Source: Eledone cirrhosa
Taxonomy: Eukaryota
Direction of reading: 5' to 3'
Assembly: GCA_964016885.1 (NCBI GenBank)
Contig: OZ024750.1
Coordinates: forward strand, 26,598,001 to 26,662,000
DNA: 64,000 nucleotides
Shown here: positions 53,326-64,000 of the stretch, piece after piece
Layout of the letters: each line of letters begins with the position of its first letter
Position numbering within the stretch: position 1 is the stretch's first letter
Program-made: the position numbers and the translations under genes
The notes under the pieces: generated by a model
What the model was told of the DNA's origin: nothing
The model's input: only the letters and a program-made list of their open reading frames with translations
Databases searched by the model: none

Positions 53326-53817
53326 TTCTCTGAACATGTTTTACATTTTCTCTACAGGAAGTAGTTGTAATTTTCAGTAACAAAATGGCGTCTATGAAAC
53401 AAAAAGCTCAGTATGGAAAGACTTTATGCTCATCCTGTATGAGGCGTTGGATAGTCGGTTGCGTCACACTAGGGTGTAGGGGTTAAATGCCGTCGAAACA
53501 TGGAAGGTCTATATAGGGATTTATACTGAAAGCCTATGAGAGGGGGGTCCAGCTGGTACTTTGTTCCGGGACCCAAGAGCTGAGAGGGCCCCACAGCAAA
53601 CATGCAATATCCATTTGAGAAAAATCATTACCTGCTTCTGGCCTTAAAGGGTCTTGTACCGCCTTGCAACATTTCTCTTGGCGGCCCTCTCTATAATTTA
53701 AAATGTCGTGCCGCCATTACTAGACATATATTTTCTGGATATCTTTGACTAAAGGTTTCTGATTTAGGCACAAGGCCAACAATTTTGGAGGGAGGGAAAA
53801 GCCCATTAAATCAACCT

Positions 53818-53958
53818 AGCATAGTTACATCCCTTTACGGTCTGAGTTCAAATCCCGTCGAGGTTAACTTTGTCTTTCATCCTTATGGGGTCAATAAAAT
53901 AAAGTACCAGTAATGTACTGGGTGTTTTTGCTGGCCTTGTGCCAAAAGTAGAAACAGT
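53818..53958 (+). mobile_element. SINE family A
   Basis: Near match to 1297-1436. Confidence 0.8.
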
Positions 53959-54089
53959 TATATATTATTCATTTAAGTGAACCTCGTTATGTGCTTCTAG
54001 AGATCAACCCAAACATAGCTGGCCATCTTAAAATATGTCAGCCGTTAATATAACAAACAGTTCAACGCCATTTAATTGGAGGATGAGGT

Positions 54090-54107
54090 AACTACCACTA
54101 CTACCAT

Positions 54108-54161
<54 letters not shown>

Positions 54162-54166
54162 CATAC

Positions 54167-54214
<48 letters not shown>

Positions 54215-54279
54215 GTAGTAGTAGTACTATCACCACCACCACCACCACCTCTACTACTATTACCATCGCTACCACCACC

Positions 54280-54335
<56 letters not shown>

Positions 54336-55810
54336 CACCTCTACTAATATTACCACCGCTACCACCACCACCACCACCACCACCACCTCTACTAATATTA
54401 CCACCGCTACCACCACCACCACCACTACTACTACTGCTACTACTACCACCACCACCTCTACTAATATTACCACCGCTACCACCACCACCACATCTACTAA
54501 TATTACCACCGCTACCACCATAGGAATACATACTCACTCATACATACAACCACACACACATACAGACACACACACACACACAACCACAAATCCAAACATA
54601 CACACACATATACATATGTATACATACACAGGCATTTATACACACACCTACACACACGTACACACACACACACATATGTATACACACACATACATACATA
54701 TGTATACATACACAAGCATTTATACACACAACCACACGCTCGTACACATACACACACACACATACATATGTATACACACACATACATACGCATGTATACA
54801 CACAACCACACACGCATGCAGACACACACATACAGACACATACAAATACATATGTATACACACAACCATGCGTACGTATGTATGTGTGTTACTATGTATG
54901 TATACATATGTATGTATGTATGTGTGTTACTATGTATGTATATGTGTTACTATGTATGTGTGTTACTATCTATGTATATGTGTTACTATGTATGTATGTG
55001 TGTTACTATGTATGTATATGTGTTACTATGTATGTATGTGTGTTACTATGTATGTATGTGTGTTATTATGTATGTATGTGTGTTACTATGTATGTATGTG
55101 TGTTACTATGTATGTATGTGTATTACTATGTATGTATGTGTGTTACTATGTATGTATGTATATGTGTTACTATGTATGTATAGGTGTTAAAATGTATTTA
55201 TGTATATGTGTTACTATGTATGTATGTGTGTTACTATGTAGTATATGTGTTACTATGTATGTATGTATGTTACTATGTAGTATATGTGTTACTATGTATG
55301 TATATATGTTACTATGTATGTATATGTGTTACTATGTATGTATGTGTGTTACTATGTATGTATGTGTGTTACTATGTATGTATGTATGTGTGTTACTATG
55401 TATGTATGTGTGTTACTATGTATGTATGTGTATTACTATGTATGTATGTGTGTTACTATGTATGTATGTATATGTGTATGTATATGTGTATGTATGTATG
55501 TATATGTGTTACTATGTATGTATAGGTGTTAATATGTATTTATGTATATGTTTTACTATGTATGTATGTGTGTTACTATGTAGTATATGTCTTACTATGT
55601 ATGTATGTATGTTACTATGTAGTATATGTGTTACTATGTATGTATATATGTTACTATGTATGTATATGTGTTACTATGTATGTATATGTGCTACTATGTA
55701 TGTATGTATATGAGTTACTATGTAGTATATGTGTTACTATCTATGTATGTATGTTACTATGTATGTATATGTGTTACTATGTAAGTATGTATATGTATTA
55801 TTATGTATGT
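54090..55810. repeat. (CTA/CCA)n tract, CA-rich tract and ~18-bp minisatellite (TGTGTTACTATGTATGTA)n
   Basis: Directly visible; explains the 545-aa poly-T/CVTMYV ORF. Confidence 0.92.
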
Positions 55811-55814
55811 ATAT

Positions 55815-55985
55815 GTAGAGGATCGGGCACCATGCTTTGACGCATAGAGTTGCGGCCCTTGCCATTCTGAGTTCAAATACCGCCGCGGTTAACTTTGCTT
55901 TTCATCCTTACGGGGGTCGATAAAATAAAGTACCAGTAATACACTGGGATAATTGCTGGCCTTGTGCCAAAAGTAGAAACAATTA
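55815..55985 (+). mobile_element. SINE family A
   Basis: GAGTTCAAATACCGCCGCGGTTAACTTTGCTTTTCATCCTTACGGGGGTCGATAAAATAAAGTACCAGT. Confidence 0.8.
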
Positions 55986-56034
55986 TGTATGTATATGTGT
56001 TACTATGCATCTATGTATATGTGTTACTATGTAT

Positions 56035-56412
56035 GTTATCCCTTTCTCTTAATTTTGAGTATATTTTTGACCGGCCACCTTCCTGGTGGCAAGTTTGTAA
56101 AAGAAAAGAAATTGTCATCCCTTGAATTGCAAGAATGTTTTGCAAATTTTGAAGGTGGCAGCTATCGCAGCCATTTGTAGACTATGAATTAGGGAGCTGC
56201 GCTCTTTGTCCGCAAATCCAAGTTCAGTTATACATTGGCCCAAGCGGGTTGGTATATAACCCGTAGCTCTAATAATGATGGGTATGAAGCTAAAGGTGTA
56301 TCTTGGACATTGAATTTGTAAACTCCTCATCAATGGTCCGTAGATGTCCTCCTTCTCCTGTATTTTTCTGACAACGTTTACATCAAGTGGGCAGCTGATC
56401 TCCACAACAGAT
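56035..56412 (-). mobile_element. 3' end of an RLE-type (R4/Dong-like) element
   Basis: VVEISCPLD…EKEDIYGPL…FIPIIIRATG…KICKTFL* plus short 3' UTR, embedded in the TATG-rich minisatellite. Confidence 0.7.
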
Positions 56413-56483
56413 ATGTGTTACTATGTATGTATATGTGTTACTATGTATGTATGTATGTTACTATGTATGTATGTATATGTATT

Positions 56484-57020
56484 CTAGGGCGGGTAAAATT
56501 CCCGAGATCCATGGACGAGTTCTCTCCAGCGGTCTCTGTCCATCATTATCGCTGCCATGTCCTGTGTCTCCAACAGATCAGTGTCTGTCCTTAAGGCATG
56601 TACATACGTTAACCTTGGTCTTCCTCTTCCAGTGTGTCCATGTAGGGGCTCCCACAAGAGCACTGAGTGCAATGTCAACTCTGGATGTCGGTCAGCATGT
56701 CCAACTAACCTCAGTCTCCTCTGCGTCACGTTTGAGCTGACTTTCGGGAGGCTCCCATACAGCTCTGAGTTTTTCATCCTCAGTGTATACTGATTAACGT
56801 TCAGCGCCACCCTCAGCATTCTCGTGTAGCAGCCATCCACCATCTGAGTGAGTTTCTTGGTCAGTGTCCAAGTCTCAGACCCGTACAGCAGCACAGACTC
56901 CACTACAGCAATGAAGAGGCAGATTTTCAGGTCTTTACGAAGGTCCGACTTCCACACTGATCTCAAGCTGTGGCACGCCGCCCAGGCGTGCCACAGCTTT
57001 AGATCAGTGTGGAAGATCTA
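56484..57020 (-). mobile_element. RTE-like LINE 3' fragment
   Basis: AWAACH…LKICLFIAVVESVLLYGSETWTLT…DGCYTRMLR…RRLRLVGH…GRGRPRLTY…DRDRWR. Confidence 0.82.
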
Positions 57021-57049
57021 TGCTAAGATCAATGCTAAGATCTGCTAAT

Positions 57050-57510
57050 TAATATCGAAAAACAAATGTGGCACCTCATGGCCGTTACAATACCAGTGAG
57101 TGTGGGAGCACTGGGTATGATCAAGAAAGTACTGCACACATATTGAGAAGAGCACTATCTCTGTAAGAATGATATCCCTCCATTTGGAAAGAAGCAGAAC
57201 TCAAAGCAAGTTTCGAATCATCATCATAATAATAATAATTGTGTCCTTCTCTACATGGAGTTCGAAGCTACTGGGTCAAAAGATTTAGTCAAATCCATGA
57301 ACGAATAGCTCAACAACTTATCATATAGCTAAATGCTGATCAAGTGATACCCGAGTGGCTGACAAAGGGAGTGACACTTTTCTGCATAAATATTTCACTA
57401 AAGGACATGCGGTAGACAATTGCAGACCGACAACATGCCTACCAGTATGTGGAAATTATTGACTGGAATAAATGCAGAATCAATGTACGTGCATCTTGAA
57501 ACGTTATGAA
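57050..57510 (+). mobile_element. Scrambled R4/Dong-like remnants
   Basis: QMWHL..VTIPVSVGALGMIKK (RLE end) and GVRSYWVKRF…NCRPTTCLP.MWKLLTG (RT start). Confidence 0.5.
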
Positions 57511-58204
57511 GTAAATACAAGAGGAAGATATTGGTATCCGAGCGGCAACCGAGGAGATATGCAACGTCAGGTTTGACGACATTGGATGGCAAGAGGCCAC
57601 TTCAGTTGTCAGATATGGTCAGATATGGTGGCTTGGCTTCCGGTCCCCGATCTCGCTGGCTTTGCCGGCGTTTCTTTGATCAGTAACCTCATGCTGCGCC
57701 CTCATCAGCAGGGTTCTCCAAAACCCAATGGATCCCTATATGATCAAGGAACGTGACGCCGCCTGTGAGACGTGGGACCAGCTGGGACTTATCCCAGTCT
57801 TACAAAATACTGAAGTAAAAAAAAAACGCAAGCAAATTATATAGTGAAATAGAACATGAGTTATCTACTGAAGTTTAGCACAAAGAGTGCACACGTCGTC
57901 TCGAGACACTGAACGCTAACGATAATTCCGTTAGCATCGTCGTGAGGAACGCCACTCAGACACAATTTTCGGAGTTTTCCTCACTTTCGATATATAATTT
58001 AACCCGGCTTGCAATGTCCTCCCTTTCTATTGCTGGATTTATTATATTATTAACATGGCAGGTCACTTTAGCAGCTGGTAAGATAATAACTCATTTGTTA
58101 TTTTATTCACCTATTTTATACTTTGATTTCTTGTCTCTCCTCAAATATTTTTCTCATTTTCATTAATACTCTCATGCTGTCACCTGATCCTCCAACCTAA
58201 CAGT

Positions 58205-58432
58205 ATTGTTATACTTTGGGAGGGTCATGTTGCCAATAAGAAACACAGGCACCAGTTGCTTTCACTCCAATTTATTATAAATTAAATTTATAAATTTAAG
58301 AATTCATAAATTTCGGATGGTTGGTTGGTTCTACAACCAGACGGTTGTTCATATATTGTCAACGTTCTTTCGTCACACATTCTGTGACCTCTTCAGTGAC
58401 TGGGGTTTCTTTTCTTTGTTTTGTGCCTCTCC
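58205..58432 (-). mobile_element. Solo PLE pLTR (family of 13583), HHR-like motif 58358-58400
   Basis: Near match to 13583-13795. Confidence 0.75.
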
Positions 58433-58454
58433 TATATATATATGTCTCTTACTC

Positions 58455-58512
<58 letters not shown>

Positions 58513-60303
58513 TTGTGTTTGTGTGTGTGTATGTGTGTATGTGTGCGTGTATATATATATGTGTATATGTCATCATCGTCATCATCATCATTTCACGTCC
58601 GCTTTCATCTGTAAGCAAGTTTTGCGTGAGTTACATAGAACAAATCAGTACTGAAGCGTGTCTTCTGACCAATCAGTCAGGCCAAGGTCACATCGAGTTG
58701 TTTTTGACACAAACTGAAGGGTCCTACTCACCCTTTGTTTAGTAAGCTTTCTACGGCCGTATCCCTTTCTTACTACCAACTGCTTTGCAGCCTGTACTGA
58801 TTGCTTTTATTGTGTAGATCAGCAGGACTAAGGAGGTTGTGTTTTTAAACAACTAAAGGTTTATCTCAATTCTTTTATGTATGGGATCTACAGCGGGTGA
58901 ACTTCCACTCACCAACCACTCTGGAGAGGTTGACCATAAATCAAACTGCAGAACCCTTCAAATGTGGAGAAGGGACAATAAGGGAGGGAGATAAGTATGA
59001 AGTTATAGGTATGTGTGGGGGTTTGTTTGGCAAGACAATGAGTAAGGGGTAGCAGTTACTGATTAGTGCATGGGGTGTATTGGTGTGAGGGATGTGGTCA
59101 ACATGGTGGAGGTTGTGGCGTGATGGAGAGATAAGAAGCGGGTTTAAGGATAAGTAAGATTTAGGGATAGCTGATTAGTGTACGGGGAGTGGGGCATGTA
59201 GTGAAGGATGTGGACGATAGAGATTGGGGTCATGTTAGAGAGATGGGTAAGGGATATTGAGGGATAAGGTTTGCTAATAGTGGTGGAGTGAACAATGGGG
59301 AGAGAAAGCAGCTACTATTGGCCAATGGTGAGGATATCTAAGGTGTCTAGTGTTTGAGTGGGTCTCGAGTGTATATGTGTAGTGGATGCCGCATTGGGGA
59401 GAACAGATGGGGAAAGTAATCATAGGAGGGAGGCTGTACTTCTTGGATGGGTCAGGTCATATTTTATGATCCTGGTCGGGTCTTCATTAACACAGTATAA
59501 CACCAGCCACATCTGCCACATCTCTTGTGAGTCCATCGATTTCACTCTGTGCATCTTATGGAACTCCTGCCCAGCCTTTTCTGGCATATCGAACACAGCC
59601 ATCTCCCTGATTGTATCCCCTTCTTGTCCTCTTTCGTGCTTAGCCCTTTTGCCTCTGATGCGATTGGTTTTAGGCTTTTCAACTTTAAGTTCTTGCATGT
59701 TTGAAGTTTTGTCCTTTACCATCCTACGGATTCAGTTGAGGTACTCAGTACAGTTTTGAAATACTCAGTGAAGAACAGTGAAGTACAGTGATAAATAGGA
59801 GTGGACTAAGGACTCAGCCCTGGTGGACATCGAACTGCACTTCATCACTCTACTGGCATCCAGCTTTTTTATACATGGCCCAAACTGCTTTCACAAGTCA
59901 TTCATCTACATGAAAGGTTCTCAACCCATTTCGGCCAAACGCCCTCTTTGCCTCTCGAAATCACGAAACGACCCCTACCCTATTTTTCCATTTTTCAATA
60001 TCAGTAGATTACTGGGCCATATCAAGTTATGTTAGAATCTTTAAAATATACTCGAACGAATTAAGTACGAAAAGTTTCAGTCCAAAACAAAAGGAAACTA
60101 TTCCAAATTATATATTTTAGAAAAACAGACGTGAATGTTCTCAAAGATTTGATCTCAGTTGAAAAAGCTTTTTTTTGTAAATTCTATATTTCACTGTTAG
60201 CTGTTGTAATATTTTGAGTGGATAGACAATTCTACAATTCAAAGTGCAAATCAAAATACAAAAGATGCAAATTATGATGAATTTCTTACCTTTCTCTGAA
60301 ATC

Positions 60304-60378
<75 letters not shown>

Positions 60379-60437
60379 CTACACACATACATATATATCT
60401 ATATATGTAGATTTATATATATATATATATATACATA

Positions 60438-60628
60438 TATAACGAAGGATATGTGGTACGGTACCAGATGGACTATAACGCACCGAAGTACTCAATACCT
60501 AGGGTAGCAGAGTGGTTAATAGGAACGAGTAGGACCCCGACGGCTGAGCTCAAGCCGTTTCGACGGCTAATTCCAGAAATAGCCGTCGAAACGGCTTGAG
60601 CTCAGCTGTCAGGTCCTACTCGTTCCTA
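60438..60628. mobile_element. Fold-back repeat family P, copy 3
   Basis: Palindrome 60520-60628 with left tail. Confidence 0.8.
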
Positions 60629-60650
60629 CACACACACACACACACGCACG

Positions 60651-60760
<110 letters not shown>

Positions 60761-60767
60761 TATATAA

Positions 60768-61070
60768 ATCTACATACATACATATATATATCAATGTATG
60801 TAGATTTATATAAATATATAAACGCCCCCCTAACGTTCCCTTGCTCCAAAACGCTACCCTAAAGATCCGAAATACACCCCAGGGTGCATATGCCCCCGTT
60901 CAGAACCTTTGATCTACATCTAGCTTCGTAAGTGCCCACCATACTACGGAGAATGTGACCCTACTGGTGCGTGTGTTTCTTATTGGCAACATGACCCTCC
61001 CAAAGTGTAACAATATCGGTTTCAACACACGTTTTCAGATAAAGAATCTTGCTAAACAAATTCAGAAACG

Positions 61071-61115
<45 letters not shown>

Positions 61116-61305
61116 TCTACATACATACATATATATCAATGTATGTAGATTTATATATATATAAACGCTCCCTTCAAGTTCCCTAGCTCCAAAACGCTAC
61201 CCTGGAGATCCGAAACACCCCAGGGGTACATATGCCTCCTTTTGAGAACCTTTGATCTAGATCTAGCTTCCTAAGTGTCCACCATACTACGGAGAATGGG
61301 ACCCT
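60768..61305 (+). repeat. ~195 bp direct duplication (60768-60963 / 61115-61305) around a PLE pLTR end fragment
   Basis: ATCTACATACATACAT…GCTCCAAAACGCTACCCT…CACCATACTACGGAGAATG.GACCCTA occurs twice. Confidence 0.8.
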
Positions 61306-61407
61306 ATTAAAGGGTTCTCCCTCTCTACAAAATCTTGATACAATGGCTTACACTTCGCTAAGTACCTCTCAACCAGTCGTCGCACTATAAAGGGGGAATC
61401 AATGGCA

Positions 61408-62450
61408 CTCTTCTTCTTCTTCTTCTTCTTCTTCTTCTTCTTCTTCTTCTTCTTCTTCTTCTTCTTCTTCTTCTTCTTCTTCTTCTTCTTCTTCTTCTCC
61501 TGCTTCTTCTTCTTCTTCTTCTTGCTAAAATGGCAGTGGGTTTGTCAGAAGCAACCGTCACCAAATAATCCGGCTGGATCCCCAATCTAGACCAGATGTG
61601 CTCATGGATGTTATCCAATCATCTTGCGCGGTCGCTATCTCTGGGCTTCCTTCCGGTTGCGTTTACCCGTAAAATCTTTCTAGCGATTTTTTCCCCGAGA
61701 CATTCTAAACGCAGGGATAAAGTATCGTATCTGTAATCTCTCAATTCGGAGAAGTAGCGACTCTCCCTGGAGGGAGACCTGATCTCCAAGCTACGCACCC
61801 TACTGAGTAACGTTACTCAAAATACCTTTTGGAGGAACCCCATTGCTGACGCTTGTATTGACGATCATGTTCGTTTCGTCATTACCCAAGATTCATGACC
61901 ATAATAAGTGTTGACACGAATACCGTACTGAAGATAACCAGTTTGGATTTTTCTCCTACATCCCTTCTTCTGAATAACAACAGCTGAAGCTGGCGCATTA
62001 CAGCACCTGCTCCTGCAATTCTTGCACTTAATTCAGCCCCATGCGTTCCATCACTTGTGAACATTGCCCCAAGACACTTAAATTTCTCCACCTGTTTCAG
62101 TGGAACCCCATTCATATATAGATTGCAAGGCACAATATTCCTTTAGACGACGAGTATCTCAGTTTTCACAGCATTGATTTACATTCCAGCCATGCAGAAC
62201 TCGATATCAAACCTACAGAGTGCAATTTGGTGATTACCTTCTGCCGAATTAAGGAATAGCGAGTCGTCTGAAAATTCTAGCCGACTGATTTTACACTTGC
62301 CAGTCGTGATACAACTTCTAGCCCGACTGCCCATGTCAATCCTTTTCATATAGATAATGAACACGATAGCTGAAAGACGCATCCTTGGCAGAATCCGACT
62401 CCCATATTGAAAGGTTTCCATTTAGCACCATTTATCCAGTAGTAGTCCTG
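61408..62450 (-). mobile_element. RTE (Rex3-like) fragment with (GAA)n tail
   Basis: LEFSDD, LKQVEKFKCLG.MFTSDG, KSKLVIFSTVFVSTL; (TTC)n at 61408-61522 lies at its 3' end. Confidence 0.8.
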
Positions 62451-63454
62451 CCTATCATAAATTCAAACGTCATCTTATCTACTTTGATTATCTCCTGAAT
62501 TAATCATGCTATAACATTTTCAACAAATGTTATGATATGGTCCATCAAGTTGATACTTCTATACTTATTCTCTCTAGTGTATCTTCATTGCCCTTGTAGA
62601 AGTTGACATTAACTTTGATGCACCAGTCATTGGATATGACACATTTCTTGGACTACTTGATTAACTATATGTCTGACTAGCACATATCCTACAATGCCGG
62701 GTGCTTTTAGCATCTCAACAAATATACCAGATGGTCCAGTGGTCTTCTCTAGTTTCATGTCCCTAATTGTTTTATCTATCTCATTGCTGTCAACTTCTTA
62801 GCTGATCCCTTAGTCAGATGTACATGTGGTAAGCCCTTACTGTCCTATTTATTCTCTTCGTTCAGTAGTGTCTCGTAGTAAGTACTTCTTTTCGGCATAA
62901 GACAGGGTAGGTGTTCTATCATTTGTACCATTTCACGATTTTCTCTAGCACACTCTCTTGCAATCCGATATACACCCGTCAACTGTTCTACGCGACGAAG
63001 AACATGAGCAACTGTTTTTATCCCTCTGCCCTTGCTAGGAATACCTAGTTAAACCTAATTAAGGAGATAATGGATGTAAGGGTGGGTAGGAAGACTGGAC
63101 ACAAGAAAGAGAGGAGTCAAGCTGTTCATTCATGCTAAAAAGAAGTGGCGCCGATAGAATAGTCGATGTAACGGCCGTATAACTCAGGGGTAGGTGCAGT
63201 ATACTGGGAGAAAATTTGAGCTTCGTCGTAGCTGACGAACAAGCCGGCGTATTTCGTGCACATTCAATTTACCAGGGCTATCCCAGTAATTTGTTGGTAA
63301 TACTTTCCCCAAATGATTGAGGTTGAGAACAACTGAATCTTTTATCACAACTTTAATCTTATAATAATTGATATGGTATATAATTGATACCTCATTTATA
63401 ACTGTATTTAATTAAAGGTATATTCAACATTGTCATGTATATTGATATTATCAG

Positions 63455-63589
63455 AATGCCCAGCAGGAAAGTTTGGTGAGATTTGTCGATTGACATGCCA
63501 TTGTTTCAAAAATAGTAAGTGTGACAAGCTAACTGGAAGGTGTCCAGCTGGATGTGCTGCAGGTTATATGGGTAACAGCTGCAACACAG
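63455..63589 (+). CDS. EGF/laminin-EGF-like exon, paralogous to 473-604; donor non-canonical
   Basis: tcAG acceptor at 63453-63454; CPAGKFGEICRLTCHCFKNSKCDKLTGRCPAGCAAGYMGNSCNT with all 8 Cys. The phase-1 donor position reads TT; read-through gives VIS* (TAA 63598-63600). Confidence 0.75.
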
Positions 63590-63615
63590 TTATTTCCTAA
63601 TGATGCTAAGTATTT

Positions 63616-63652
<37 letters not shown>

Positions 63653-63700
63653 ATGAAATGACAGGAGGCTAGATTTGTGTAAATCCTTGAAAGGTTTATT

Positions 63701-63758
63701 ATACTATGATCATTTCTATGACTGGGTTCCGTATGAATCCGGTGACATCATCAGGTAT
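63701..63758 (-). ncRNA. Hammerhead ribozyme in PLE pLTR (same family as 1715-1772)
   Basis: AUAC-CUGAUGA-UGUCACCGGAUUCAUACGGAACCCAGUCAUA-GAAA UGAUCA UA^GUAU; pLTR homology spans ~63660-63830. Confidence 0.78.
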
Positions 63759-64000
63759 TCGAAATATAATACGTGAATGTAATAGATAAAATCCATGGGG
63801 CTGAAAACGAGGACCCGAGGGCGACCGCTATTCTGTTCCTTCAACTTCAGCCGGTCGCCCTGGAGTGACGTGGCTAAAGTTTTTAGTATGTACTACCGGT
63901 CAGATAAACGAAAACAGAAAGGGATGGGAACATAAGTTAACGTCAATCTCATGACACAAGGTAAAAGAAAGAAAGAAAGGAAGAAGAGAGAAGAGGGGGG

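Noticed and set aside
53434-53518. Hammerhead remnant (…GGCGTT…AATGCCGTCGAAAC…GTC)
   Set aside because: The CUGANGA core is deleted or garbled; at best a fossil.
58900-60000. ORFs 59358-59759 and 59420-59722, possibly a decayed LINE
   Set aside because: No diagnostic motif recognisable by eye.

Overview
AT-rich, microsatellite-laden metazoan genomic DNA. The SINE families, (TA)n/(CA)n load and retroelement mix suggest a cephalopod (Octopus-like); this is inference. The only recognisable host-gene pieces are three EGF/laminin-EGF-like exons of the MEGF10/SCARF type: one intact (473-604), one pseudogenised (790-924) and one with a doubtful donor (63455-63589). The ~62 kb between them is almost all retroelement DNA. 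It holds at least seven coding Penelope-like elements (PLEs; RT + GIY-YIG) plus many solo or fold-back pseudo-LTRs (pLTRs), nearly all in (TA)n tracts; a head-to-tail array of Tx1-clade LINEs at (TCTA)n; R4/Dong-like fragments; RTE fragments; and tRNA-derived SINEs. Most long ORFs in the track are microsatellite artefacts. Hand-reading found about 16 hammerhead-ribozyme (HHR) motifs from about 11 sequence families. Two unrelated ones carry the compensatory U3:A8 core (UUGAUAA) with greatly enlarged stems. Several families share an asymmetric fold-back architecture in which one arm always lacks a terminal extension. All structures were paired by eye and nothing was computed. Element boundaries are approximate unless junctions are quoted.
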